Positions 22,788 to 32,382 of a stretch of 64,000 bases of DNA are shown here, piece by piece (positions within the stretch are counted from its first letter, which is position 1; each line of letters opens with the position of its first letter). A program made the position numbers and the translations under genes. The stretch is from assembly GCA_031259495.1 (NCBI GenBank), contig JAIRLJ010000033.1:572-64571 (forward strand). Reading direction: 5' to 3'. A model generated the notes under the pieces. The model made no database searches. It saw nothing but the letters and a program-made list of their open reading frames with translations, and was not told where the DNA came from. This DNA is from Oscillospiraceae bacterium. Its GTDB lineage: Bacteria > Bacillota > Clostridia > Oscillospirales > Acutalibacteraceae.

Positions 22788-24273
22788 ATGAAAGGTATTT
22801 TGAAAAATAAAAAAAACTATTGTTTTAACAATTCTTGATGGTTATGGTATTAGCAAAAATGAATACGGAAACGCCGTAAAAAAAGCTAACACTAAAAATT
22901 TAGATAAGTTTTTCGCTTTATATCCGTTTATTACTTTAAAAGCCTCTGGGAAAAGCGTAGGATTGCCTGAAGGCCAGGTGGGTAACAGCGAAGTTGGACA
23001 TTTAACTCTAGGTGCGGGAAAAATTGTACCACAGGAGCTTTGTAAAATAAACACGGAAATAAAAAATAAAAGTTTTTTTAAAAACAAAAAACTAAAATTA
23101 GTGTGTCAAAAAACAGCTAAAGAAAAAAGCGTGCTTCATATTTTAGGACTTGTTTCAGATGGGGGTGTACATAGTCATATAAATCATCTTTTTGCTTTAT
23201 TAAAATTCGCAAAACAAGAAAAAGTGCAAGAAGTTCAAATTCATGTCATTCTTGACGGGCGCGATACACCTCCCGGGTCTGGGATTTTGTTTTTGAAGAA
23301 GCTGAAAGAAAAAATAAAAAAAATAAAACTTGGTAAAATAGCTAGCATTTCTGGAAGATATTATGCTATGGATAGAGACAACAATGAAAAAAGAATAAAA
23401 AAATCTGCCGAAGCCATAAAAGGTTCAAGTAAAAACAAATTTTCATCTGAAATTTTATCTTTAAAAGATTCATATAAAAAAGATATAACTGATGAATTTT
23501 TTAAACCTTGCTCCTTGAAAAATAGAAAAATTGTTAACAAAGAAGACAAAATAATTTTTTTTAACTTTAGGCCAGATAGAGCAAAACAATTAACTGAATA
23601 TCTTATAAATAATAAAATTTTTAAGAAAAAAAATTTTATTTGTTTTGTGGATTATAATTTGCAGGTAAAAAATGTAAAAGTTATTTTTAATAAAAATCCT
23701 ATTAAAAATACCGTAGGAGAGATTTTATCTAATAATAATCTTCGCCAATTAAGAATAGCAGAAACGGAAAAATATGCGCATGTGACTTCATTTTTTAATG
23801 GCGGTCAAAATAAGAAATTTCCATTAGAAGAGAGAATATTAATTCCATCACCCAAAGTAAAAACCTACGATTTAGACCCAGGAATGTCAGCTAAAAAGAT
23901 AACTAAAAAAGTTGTAGAAAAAATAAAAAACAAAACACACGATATTATAATTTTAAACTTCGCAAATGCTGACATGGTAGGTCATACTGGAAATTTTGAA
24001 GCAACTGTTAAAGCTATAGAAATAGTTGATCTTTGCATAGGAAAAATTTATAAAGAACTCAAAAAAATAGATGGAACTTTATTAATAACTGCTGATCACG
24101 GCAATGCTGAAAAAATGTTAGAAAACGGTAAGCCTTTTACTGCGCATACTGCAAATCCAGTTCCTTTTTGTGTAGTAAATAGGTCTTATAAATTTACAAA
24201 CGAAGAAACTATAGCAGATGTGGCCCGTGTTATTTTAAATCTTATATTTAATTCCCGTTACGATTGGAATTGA
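22788..24273 (+). pseudogene. gpmI: 2,3-bisphosphoglycerate-independent phosphoglycerate mutase, reading frame broken in an A8 run (22809-22816)
   Basis: The track ORF (22963-24273) starts inside the conserved GLPEGQVGNSEVGH block. The same frame is open back to 22804 and encodes TIVLTILDGYGIS...FITLKASGKSVGLPEGQ. The only ATG (22788, MKGILKNKK) is in another frame and stops at 22836. Removing one A joins them into MKGILKNKKTIVLTILDGYG. Confidence 0.7.
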
Positions 24274-24503
24274 GGTGAAAAATTTTACAATTGTTAATTT
24301 GCTATGGTAGACTCATGATGCGTTTGTAAAAACAATTAATATTAAAAAATTTGAAATAATAATTGCGTAAATAGGTTAAGTTTAGTTATTTTAGAATCGA
24401 AGTTATTAACGGATAGATTTAATATTAAAGGATAGTTTTTGATTAGTTTGTATATGAAGTAAAAGTGGGCGGTGCCGTGTTTTTTGCGGTTAAGGGGTAA
24501 GTT

Positions 24504-26114
24504 GTGTCGTTTAAAAAGCTAAATCTTTCGCGTGAAATGCGGGAGTCTGTAGATTCGATGGGTTTCAAAGAAATGACTGAAATTCAAAGCAGGTCTATAC
24601 CTGTTATTAAGTCTGGACGTGATGTTTTTGGAAAATCGCAAACAGGTACAGGAAAAACTTTGGCGTTTGCTATACCGGCACTCGAATATATAGACAATAG
24701 TAATCCAAACGAGGTACAGATTCTTGTTTTGTGTCCTACAAGGGAGCTTGCTATACAAGTTTCGAGCGAAGTTTTACGATTAGCAAAGTTTAAAAAAAAC
24801 ATAGGAATTGCTGTTATATACGGCGGAGTGCCGATAGAAAGGCAAATAATAAAATTAAAAAGAGCAAATATTGCAATAGGTACACCGGGTCGTATAATGG
24901 ATCACTTAAGGAGAAGGACATTGAGGCTTCAGAACATTAAAATGGTTGTTTTAGATGAAGCTGATGAAATGTTAAGTATGGGGTTTCGAGACGATATAGA
25001 AAAAATTTTAGTAGACTCTCCCCCAAACAGACAAACCGTGCTTTTTAGTGCGACTGTTTCTGAGGAAATTTTGAAATTAACTAAAAAATTTCAAAATAAT
25101 CCAATGTTTATTGAAATAAAAGGAAAACAAGAAACCGTTGAAAATATAACGCAGTACTACTATAGCGTGCCGTTTAGTAAAAAACAGGATGCTTTAAAGT
25201 TGCTTTTGCTTTATCACTGTCCGAAACTTGCTGTGATATTCTGCAATACAAAAAAAACAGTGGATTTAGTAGCTGATTTTTTAAAAGCCAATTGTTTTCA
25301 AGTTGTGGGTTTGCATGGAGATATGCAGCAAAATCAGCGCACATGTGTTATGAATTCTTTTAAAAATGGGCATATAAAAATATTAGTTGCTACAGATATA
25401 ATGGCCAGGGGCATAGATGTAGAAGGTATAGACTGGGTTATAAATTTTGATATACCGCAAAATGTAGAGTACTACGTGCACAGAATAGGGAGAACCGGTC
25501 GAGCCGGCAGATTAGGGGAGGCTTTTACACTTTGTTCTGGACGCATACAAATTCAAGCTATAATAAAAATTTCAACTATAATTAAATCAAATATAAGAGA
25601 GTGTTTTTTGCCAAGTATGCCTGAGATTATTGACAAACAGTATAAAAGGAATATTGCTTACATAGAGAAAAAAATAAATATAAATAAAACGGGCAAGGTA
25701 GAAGAGAATTATGAGAAGATGCTTTCTGATCTTGAAGCTTTGAATTTTAACGTAAGAGAAATAGCTTTAGCTAGTTTAGAAGGCCTTTTTGAAACCAAAG
25801 ACAAATTATTAAAAGAAACAAAGCCTGTAAAACTTAGTTTTTCTGATTCCAGATTTAGTCAAAGAAGAGCGGTTTTGAACTCTAAAAATTCAAAATATGC
25901 CGATAAACAAAAGATTTCTATCGATTTTGGAAAAGCCAACAAAGCAACTCATTCTTCAATATTTTCTTTGATTTTAAACCATACTAACTTAACACCAAAA
26001 GAAATTGGCAAAATAGATATTCGCGAAAATATAAGCATAATTGAGGTACCACGCCATAAAGCAGAAGTTGTAATTAAAAAAATTAAAAATTCAAAAATAT
26101 TAAAACAAAAATAA
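24504..26114 (+). CDS. DEAD-box ATP-dependent RNA helicase with DbpA-like C-terminal RNA-binding domain
   Basis: Q-motif, SQTGTGKT, PTRELA, DEAD (VLDEADEM), SAT and HRIGRTGRAG motifs. The C-terminal IGKIDIRENISIIEVP block is DbpA-like. GTG start. Confidence 0.85.
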   Translation: MSFKKLNLSREMRESVDSMGFKEMTEIQSRSIPVIKSGRDVFGKSQTGTGKTLAFAIPALEYIDNSNPNEVQILVLCPTRELAIQVSSEVLRLAKFKKNIGIAVIYGGVPIERQIIKLKRANIAIGTPGRIMDHLRRRTLRLQNIKMVVLDEADEMLSMGFRDDIEKILVDSPPNRQTVLFSATVSEEILKLTKKFQNNPMFIEIKGKQETVENITQYYYSVPFSKKQDALKLLLLYHCPKLAVIFCNTKKTVDLVADFLKANCFQVVGLHGDMQQNQRTCVMNSFKNGHIKILVATDIMARGIDVEGIDWVINFDIPQNVEYYVHRIGRTGRAGRLGEAFTLCSGRIQIQAIIKISTIIKSNIRECFLPSMPEIIDKQYKRNIAYIEKKININKTGKVEENYEKMLSDLEALNFNVREIALASLEGLFETKDKLLKETKPVKLSFSDSRFSQRRAVLNSKNSKYADKQKISIDFGKANKATHSSIFSLILNHTNLTPKEIGKIDIRENISIIEVPRHKAEVVIKKIKNSKILKQK

Positions 26115-26134
26115 AAATAAAAGAAATTCAAAAT

Positions 26135-29100
26135 ATGCATAATTTAAAATGGACTAAATCTCAGCAAGATGCTATAAGCGTAAGTGGTGGTTCAGTTGTA
26201 GTCTCTGCGGCAGCGGGTTCTGGGAAAACTGAAATTTTAAGTCAAAGAGTCATAGAAAAGATTTGTTGTGTTGAGAATCCTAATAATATAAATGACTTTT
26301 TAATAGTAACTTTTACTAATGCTGCAGCCGAAGAAATGAAATGTAGAATCACAAAAAAACTTTATGATTTAGCAAGTAGTAGCCCCAAAAATTCTCATCT
26401 TAAACATCAACAAATCTTATTGCAAGCATCAAATATTAGTACCGTGCACGGATTTTGCAACAAACTTATAAAAGAAAATTTTACTTTGGCCAATGTTTGT
26501 CCTACTTTCAAAATTGCAAATGAATCTCAAGTAAGCGAGTTAAAAGCCAAAGCTTTAGATTTTGTTTTGGAAGAAGCGTACGCTAAAAAGGATCCTAGTT
26601 TTATGCGTTTGTTGCAAAATGTTAGTAAGCTGGATGACGATCAGAATCTTATACAGCTTGTTAAAGAGGTTTATGAGTTTTCAAATTCTATTTTTTTTCC
26701 GAATATCTGGTTTAAATCTGTCAAAGAAAAGTTAAGTACAGAAAATTTTTCTCTTTGGATTGATATTATATTTGATTATTCGCTTGAAATAATTTGTTAT
26801 TTTAAAAACATAGTTTTGTATTTGATAAATCTTATAAACAATCATAAAAATTTAACTAAAGCTTATTTTAAAGTTTTAGAAGCAGACTTAGTAATTCTAA
26901 ATGAAACTGAGTTTTTTATTTGTAAAAAAAATTGGGAAAATTTAAGAAAAAATATTAAGTCTATTGTTTTTTTAAGGCTGGGTGTGTGCAAAGAACCTGA
27001 AAAAGAAGAAATTAAAATAAAAATTTTAGAGTACCGAAATAAAATCAAAAAATATGTCTCTAAATTATTAGAACTTTTCTCTCCGACAATCGAGGATATA
27101 AAGAGCGACGCTCTAAAAACTCTAGAATTTATAACGCCACTTTTTGAATTAGTAGAAAATTTTAGAAAAAAATTTCAAAGATTAAAGGAAGAAAAGGATT
27201 TGTTGGATTTTTCTGATTTGGAGCATTTTGCGTTAAAACTCTTGGTTAAACAAACAGATAATATATCGAGTTTTAAAAAAACTAAGCTTGCTGAAAAAAT
27301 TTCGGAACAGTTTAGTGAAGTACTAATCGATGAGTACCAAGATACAAGCGAAATACAAGATGTAATCTTTAGAGCGGTTTCAAAAAACGAGAAAAATTTG
27401 TTCATAGTTGGTGATGTAAAACAAAGCGTTTATTCTTTTAGGCAAGCAAAACCTGAAATTTTTTTAAAACGAAAAGAAGCAGTAAATTTTTTTTCTCAAA
27501 AAGAAAAAAATAGAGTTTTTCCAACAAAAATTATACTTTCTGAAAATTTTAGAAGCGAAAACGAAATGTTAAAGTTTACAAATTTTATTTTTAAAATGCT
27601 TATGACTAAAGAAACTTCTTCAATAGATTACGATGATGAAGAAGCTTTTAAAACCACAAATTTAAAGAGCCCTCGATATAAAAATGAAGTGTATATTTTA
27701 GAGAAACTTAAATCTAGCGAAGAAGAAAAACAGCAATTGGAAGCTGAGTTTATAGCTAATAAAATAAAAAAAGCAATTTTAGAGGAAAATATTCAGCCAA
27801 AGGATTTCTGTATACTTCTTAGAAATACATCTGGTAAAGCTTTGATTTTTAAAGAAGCTTTAAAAAAACATAATATACCAGTTGTAGCTGATGTTTCTGG
27901 AAATTTTTTTGAAAACGAAGAAGTAAGCTTTATAATTTCTTTCTTGAAAGTTATAGATAATCCGACTTCTGATATTGATTTGGCAAGACTAATGATTAGT
28001 CCAATTTTTGACTTTTCTATTGAAGAGTTAACTAAAATAAGACTTTCAAGCACCAACGTCAGTGTGTATGAATGTTTAATTAAACACGCCGAAACTAATA
28101 AAAAATGTTCTATTTTTTTAGAAAAAATAAAATTTTTAAAGAAAATCTCGTTAAAATTAGGCTTTTCTGAATTGTTATTTTATTTATATAAAAATTTTGA
28201 TTTATCTTTATTAACTATATCTGAAACCCCTAGAGAAAAACAAAAAAATCTTGATAGCTTGCTGTCTTTTGCTATGAATATGGAAAGTTTAGGCTGCAAC
28301 ACACTTCTTAAATTTTTAGATTTTATTGAAAAATCAGAAAAAAATAATGATCAATTTTCGGGCTTAGATCAAAACTCGTGTTGCGAAAATGCCGTAACCA
28401 TAATGAGCATTCATAAATCTAAGGGTTTAGAGTTCCCTATATGCATTTTAGCAAATTCTTCTTCAAGATTTTACCAAAACAATAATAATATCGTGTTAGA
28501 TGAGATTTTAGGTGTTGGTATTGAAATTTTTGACAGTAAAAATATGTGTAAATTTTCGAGCATACAAAAAGAAGCAATACTAATTAAAATGCGAAAAGAT
28601 CAATTAGCAGAAGAACTTCGAATTTTATATGTTGCACTGACTCGTGCAAAAAAAAGAATGATAATTACACTTGCTGTGGATAAACTCGAAAAAAGCTTAA
28701 AACAATTTGTACTCGATGAAACTGTAAAGCCATCAGATTTTAATATAAAAAACGCGAAAAGCTGTGGTGATTTGCTTCTTATGTGTTTGTTAAGACATTC
28801 TGAATGTAATTCTTTAAGGGAAATAATAGATTTTAAAGAAATTTTTTCAGAAAATCTCCCCGGTATAAAATTGAGGATTTTAAAATTTAAAGAAGACATT
28901 TTAGAAAAATCGAAAAGAAAAACAAAACAAATAAAAGACGCTGCTAATGTTTTGCCATTGCGGATAAAATTTACAGATTCTTTAAATAAAAAAGTTCCAT
29001 TAAGAATTTTTGAGACACCGGAAACCGAAAATGAAAAAACTGAAAATTTAAATAAAATCTCAAGAATACCTTTACAAGTTTCAGTTTTAGATTTAATCAA

Positions 29101-29704
29101 AAATAAAACAAAAAATTTTAAAACTTCTGAATTAAAATTTTTAAAACCGAAATTTTTAAAAGATAGAGAATGCATTGGGAAAGAACGTGGCAATTATTAT
29201 CATAAATTTTTGCAATTTGCAGATCTTAAAATTTTAAATTCCGATATTGAAAAATGTTTTAAAGATATTTTAGAAAGAAAAATTTTGAACAAAGAAGAAA
29301 TTGACAACATCGATAAAAATAAGATAAAAATATTTTCGTCTTCTAATCTTTTTACAAGAATAATTAGCTCAAAAAATGTTTTGAGAGAATATTTTTTTAC
29401 TGTTTTTGAAAAAATAGATAGTAAGAAAATTTTAGTTGAAGGTATCGTTGATTGTGTATTTGAGGAAAAAAATAAACTAATAGTTGTAGACTATAAAACA
29501 GATGTTGCTTCAAAAAAAGAAATTTTAGTTAAATATTCAGATCAATTGGAGTTTTATTGTCAGGCTCTAGAAAAATGTACTGGTAAAAATATAAAAGAGG
29601 CTATATTTTACTCTTTTTATTTAGACAAAGAGATAAAAATAAACAAGATGTTTTCTGAATATTTATCGTACAGTTCGAATAAAAAAAATTCTAAAAGTTT
29701 TTAA
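26135..29704 (+). CDS. addA: ATP-dependent helicase/nuclease subunit A (AddA, UvrD-like helicase plus C-terminal PD-(D/E)XK nuclease)
   Basis: WTKSQQDAI...AAAGSGKT, DEYQDTS, GDVKQSVYSFR and the C-terminal GIVDCVF...VVDYKTD nuclease motif. Confidence 0.85.
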   Translation: MHNLKWTKSQQDAISVSGGSVVVSAAAGSGKTEILSQRVIEKICCVENPNNINDFLIVTFTNAAAEEMKCRITKKLYDLASSSPKNSHLKHQQILLQASNISTVHGFCNKLIKENFTLANVCPTFKIANESQVSELKAKALDFVLEEAYAKKDPSFMRLLQNVSKLDDDQNLIQLVKEVYEFSNSIFFPNIWFKSVKEKLSTENFSLWIDIIFDYSLEIICYFKNIVLYLINLINNHKNLTKAYFKVLEADLVILNETEFFICKKNWENLRKNIKSIVFLRLGVCKEPEKEEIKIKILEYRNKIKKYVSKLLELFSPTIEDIKSDALKTLEFITPLFELVENFRKKFQRLKEEKDLLDFSDLEHFALKLLVKQTDNISSFKKTKLAEKISEQFSEVLIDEYQDTSEIQDVIFRAVSKNEKNLFIVGDVKQSVYSFRQAKPEIFLKRKEAVNFFSQKEKNRVFPTKIILSENFRSENEMLKFTNFIFKMLMTKETSSIDYDDEEAFKTTNLKSPRYKNEVYILEKLKSSEEEKQQLEAEFIANKIKKAILEENIQPKDFCILLRNTSGKALIFKEALKKHNIPVVADVSGNFFENEEVSFIISFLKVIDNPTSDIDLARLMISPIFDFSIEELTKIRLSSTNVSVYECLIKHAETNKKCSIFLEKIKFLKKISLKLGFSELLFYLYKNFDLSLLTISETPREKQKNLDSLLSFAMNMESLGCNTLLKFLDFIEKSEKNNDQFSGLDQNSCCENAVTIMSIHKSKGLEFPICILANSSSRFYQNNNNIVLDEILGVGIEIFDSKNMCKFSSIQKEAILIKMRKDQLAEELRILYVALTRAKKRMIITLAVDKLEKSLKQFVLDETVKPSDFNIKNAKSCGDLLLMCLLRHSECNSLREIIDFKEIFSENLPGIKLRILKFKEDILEKSKRKTKQIKDAANVLPLRIKFTDSLNKKVPLRIFETPETENEKTENLNKISRIPLQVSVLDLIKNKTKNFKTSELKFLKPKFLKDRECIGKERGNYYHKFLQFADLKILNSDIEKCFKDILERKILNKEEIDNIDKNKIKIFSSSNLFTRIISSKNVLREYFFTVFEKIDSKKILVEGIVDCVFEEKNKLIVVDYKTDVASKKEILVKYSDQLEFYCQALEKCTGKNIKEAIFYSFYLDKEIKINKMFSEYLSYSSNKKNSKSF

Positions 29705-29795
29705 CATATATCTATATAACTTTCTGTATAAGTTTTAGTGTTATGCAAAATCTTGATATATTTTTTCTTAAACACGCTCTATTTAGGATTAAGAC

Positions 29796-29825
29796 TTGAC
29801 TTTTAATAAAAAGACATCGTAGAAT
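29796..29825 (+). promoter_or_regulatory. Sigma-A-like promoter of the rpsF-ssb-rpsR operon (TTGACT-18 nt-TAGAAT)
   Basis: Exact hexamers with an 18-nt spacer, leaving a ~100-nt 5' UTR before the AAGGAG SD of rpsF. Confidence 0.45.
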
Positions 29826-29926
29826 CTCGACCATGTGGGAGTTTTTAAATTAGGAACGTATTAACTTAGACTAGGGGTTTTGTTCTTTTTGTTGTCGACA
29901 CTAGGGTTTTTAAGGAGAATTGGACT

Positions 29927-30544
29927 TTGTATAAAGCTAAGATTTCGCTGAAAACAAAATATGAGTCTGTTATTGTCTTTTCCACCAAGAAAGGTGAGAA
30001 GAGTACTTCTGATTTAGTTGAAAAGTTTAGGGATTTGATCTCGTCTTCAGCAGACCTTGATTCTGTTGAAGAGTGGGGAAAGAGGGAGTTGGTTTATCCG
30101 ATCAATAAAGAATCGGAGGGGTGTTATGTCCTCTTTAATTTTACTAGTAGTGCAGAGTTTCCAAGGGAACTTGATAGAATTTGTAGGATTACTGCAGGGG
30201 TTTTGCGTTTTCTAATTGTTAGACGGGTGTTAAAACCGCCTGCCCCTGAGAACTCAGGTAATGCAGGTAGTAATGTAGATTTAAAAGCAAACGAAGGTAT
30301 TTCTCAACATGAGAAAGCAGTGCTATCAGGTGTTTCGTTCTTGAACTCCGAAGACGCTACAAAAGGTAATAAAAATAGTGTTGATGATGGTTACGGGCTT
30401 GAAATTTCTGCTCTTCGTGAAGAAGAAGCGAAGCTCGAAGATTTTGCTGGAACGGGAAATAGTCCAGGAAAACTTGAAACCTTAGAAGAATTCGAAGACA
30501 AACAAAGCACCGAAGAAAATAAAAGCGACGAGGTAGGACAATAA
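29927..30544 (+). CDS. rpsF: 30S ribosomal protein S6 with ~100-aa acidic C-terminal extension
   Basis: YESVIVFS...WGKRELVYPINK...GCYVLFNF...VLRFLIVR S6 core. The tail is rich in E/D/S/G. TTG start after an AAGGAG SD. Confidence 0.85.
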   Translation: MYKAKISLKTKYESVIVFSTKKGEKSTSDLVEKFRDLISSSADLDSVEEWGKRELVYPINKESEGCYVLFNFTSSAEFPRELDRICRITAGVLRFLIVRRVLKPPAPENSGNAGSNVDLKANEGISQHEKAVLSGVSFLNSEDATKGNKNSVDDGYGLEISALREEEAKLEDFAGTGNSPGKLETLEEFEDKQSTEENKSDEVGQ

Positions 30545-30604
30545 AGAGAAGATTAGATAGTTGTTTCAAAATAAAATTTTAAGGTTTGGGGAGACGTGAT
30601 TTTG

Positions 30605-31048
30605 ATGCTTAATGTTATTGCTTTGATGGGAAGACTTACAAGTAATCCTGAGTTGAGACATACGCCAAATGACATTGCTGTTACAAGTTTTACGCTTGCT
30701 GTTGAGCGTTCTTATGTTAGACAAGGTGGTGAAAGGGAGACTGATTTTATAGATGTTATTGCTTGGCGTAAAACGGCCGAATTTGTATGCAAGTACTTTC
30801 TAAAGGGGCAATTAATGGCTGTCCAAGGATTTTTGCAGACCAGATCTTATCAGGATAGAGATGGAAATAAGCGCAAGGCTTTTGAAGTGATAGCTGATAA
30901 TGTTCATTTTGCAGAGTCTAAAAAGAGTGCAACAGCGAATACAAGCAGTGTTGAGACTGTAGGTGCTGCGGTTCAGAATTCGGCTTATACAAGTGGAAAC
31001 GATGAAGATTTCAAAGAGGTTCCGATAGATGATGATCTTCCTTTTTAG
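30605..31048 (+). CDS. ssb: Single-stranded DNA-binding protein
   Basis: MLNVIALMGRLTSNPELRHT OB-fold N-terminus and a C-terminal acidic tip DDDLPF. ATG at 30605 is preferred over the track GTG at 30596 on SD spacing. Confidence 0.9.
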   Translation: MLNVIALMGRLTSNPELRHTPNDIAVTSFTLAVERSYVRQGGERETDFIDVIAWRKTAEFVCKYFLKGQLMAVQGFLQTRSYQDRDGNKRKAFEVIADNVHFAESKKSATANTSSVETVGAAVQNSAYTSGNDEDFKEVPIDDDLPF

Positions 31049-31081
31049 TTTTAATTTAATAAAATTTAAGGAGAGTATCAC

Positions 31082-31345
31082 GTGAGTTACGGAAAAAGAG
31101 AAAATCAGAGAGAAAATTATAAAAGCAATTATTATCGCAAGCGAAGAAAAGTTTGTTCTTTTTGTGTGAAGGGTGTTAAGGAGATAGATTATAAAGAAGT
31201 TTCTAGGTTAAGATGTTTTCTTTCTGAAAGAGCAAAGATCTTGCCTCGCAGAGCAACTGGAGCTTGTGCTAAACATCAACGCGGACTTTCTGTCGCTATA
31301 AAACGTTCGAGACAGTTAGCTATGTTGCCATATATTTCTGATTAA
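31082..31345 (+). CDS. rpsR: 30S ribosomal protein S18
   Basis: KVCSFC...[27 protein letters not shown] pattern. GTG start after an AAGGAGAG SD. Confidence 0.9.
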   Translation: MSYGKRENQRENYKSNYYRKRRKVCSFCVKGVKEIDYKEVSRLRCFLSERAKILPRRATGACAKHQRGLSVAIKRSRQLAMLPYISD

Positions 31346-31355
31346 TTGAAATATT

Positions 31356-31385
31356 TTGACTTTTTCTTGTTGGTAACTGTACAAT
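31356..31385 (+). promoter_or_regulatory. Sigma-A-like promoter for tRNA-Asn-rplM-rpsI (TTGACT-18 nt-TACAAT)
   Basis: Hexamers at 31356-31361 and 31380-31385, ~16 nt upstream of the mature tRNA 5' end. Confidence 0.45.
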
Positions 31386-31401
31386 GAAAACGCTGTGTTG
31401 A

Positions 31402-31477
31402 TCCTCGTTAGCTCAGTTGGTAGAGCATGCGGCTGTTAACCGCAGGGTCGTTGGTTCGAACCCAACACGAGGAGCCA
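31402..31477 (+). tRNA. tRNA-Asn (anticodon GTT), CCA encoded
   Basis: Hand-folded cloverleaf: acceptor TCCTCGT/ACGAGGA, anticodon stem TGCGG/CCGCA with loop CTGTTAA, T-arm GTTGG-TTCGAAC-CCAAC, and a 3' GCCA. Confidence 0.9.
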
Positions 31478-31494
31478 AATTTTGGAGGTTTGCT

Positions 31495-31926
31495 GTGTCT
31501 ACATTTATGTTAAATCCAAAAAACGTTAAGCGTAAATGGCATGTTATAGACGCTTCTGGTAAGTCTTTGGGAAGAATAGCTGTTGAAGCCGCTAAACTTA
31601 TTCGTGGCAAACATAAGCCTGAGTTTACACCAAATGTGCAGTGTGGGGATCACGTTGTGGTTGTTAATTGTGACAAAATCGTTTTAACTGGCAATAAGCT
31701 CGTTCAAAAGTTTTATCGCAGACACACAGGGTATATAGGCCATTTGAAGTCTGTTCGTTATGCCGATATTATTAAAACTCGTTCTGTCTTAGCTGTTCAG
31801 CTCGCAGTGAGGGGGATGTTGTCGCATAATTCGCTTAGTAGGAGGGCTATGCTTAAGCTCCATCTTTATAAGGGAGCCGAACATAATCATGAAGCTCAAA
31901 GTCCACAGATTTGGAAGGTTAGGTAA
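31495..31926 (+). CDS. rplM: 50S ribosomal protein L13
   Basis: [27 protein letters not shown] is an L13 N-terminus. The GGAGG SD at 31484-31488 lies 6 nt before the GTG. The upstream part of the track ORF (31417-) is the tRNA read as protein. Confidence 0.9.
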   Translation: MSTFMLNPKNVKRKWHVIDASGKSLGRIAVEAAKLIRGKHKPEFTPNVQCGDHVVVVNCDKIVLTGNKLVQKFYRRHTGYIGHLKSVRYADIIKTRSVLAVQLAVRGMLSHNSLSRRAMLKLHLYKGAEHNHEAQSPQIWKVR

Positions 31927-31934
31927 AAAGATAT

Positions 31935-32336
31935 ATGTACGATAACTCGGGGTATTTTTATGGAACGGGTAGAAGGAAGAGTTCTGTTGCTAAAGTTAGA
32001 ATGTACAAAGGTGACGGGAATATTATTATTAATAAAAGAAAGATAGATGATTATTTTGGTCTGGATACCTTAAAGGTCATAGCTCGTCAAGCTTTAGTTT
32101 TGGTTGAGAAAGAAAAAGATTTTAATATAGTTTGCTCTGTCTCGGGTGGGGGCGTATCTGGTCAGGCTGGTGCTATCCGTCATGGGATTTCTAGAGCTCT
32201 TTTGGAGTTTGATGGTGGGGGCTTGAGACATAAATTAAAGAAATCTGGATTTTTAACTAGAGACTCAAGAATGAAAGAGCGTAAGAAATACGGACTTAAG
32301 GCCGCTAGGCGTGCGCCGCAATTTTCTAAGAGATAA
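31935..32336 (+). CDS. rpsI: 30S ribosomal protein S9
   Basis: [12 protein letters not shown]...[17 protein letters not shown]...D.R.KERKKYG...AR...QFSKR. Confidence 0.9.
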   Translation: MYDNSGYFYGTGRRKSSVAKVRMYKGDGNIIINKRKIDDYFGLDTLKVIARQALVLVEKEKDFNIVCSVSGGGVSGQAGAIRHGISRALLEFDGGGLRHKLKKSGFLTRDSRMKERKKYGLKAARRAPQFSKR

Positions 32337-32382
32337 ATGAAGAGTCCTATGAGAGTTTTTATTATTTTGTTTGGAGGTTAAA

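Noticed and set aside
28600-29193. Long antisense ORFs inside well-supported genes: 197 aa in addA, 172 aa at 62382-62900 in ecfA1, 138 aa at 61254-61670 in alaS, 124 aa at 12640-13014, 103 aa at 5151-5462, and many of 60-100 aa.
   Set aside because: They are Phe/Leu/Ser/Ile-rich mirror images of Lys/Glu/Asn-rich sense genes. They have no SD and lie fully inside conserved CDS, so they are shadow ORFs typical of AT-rich DNA.
31417-31494. 5' extension of the rplM track ORF (MVEHAAVNRRVVGSNPTRGAKFWRFA).
   Set aside because: This segment is the tRNA-Asn gene read as protein. The real start is the GTG at 31495, after GGAGG.
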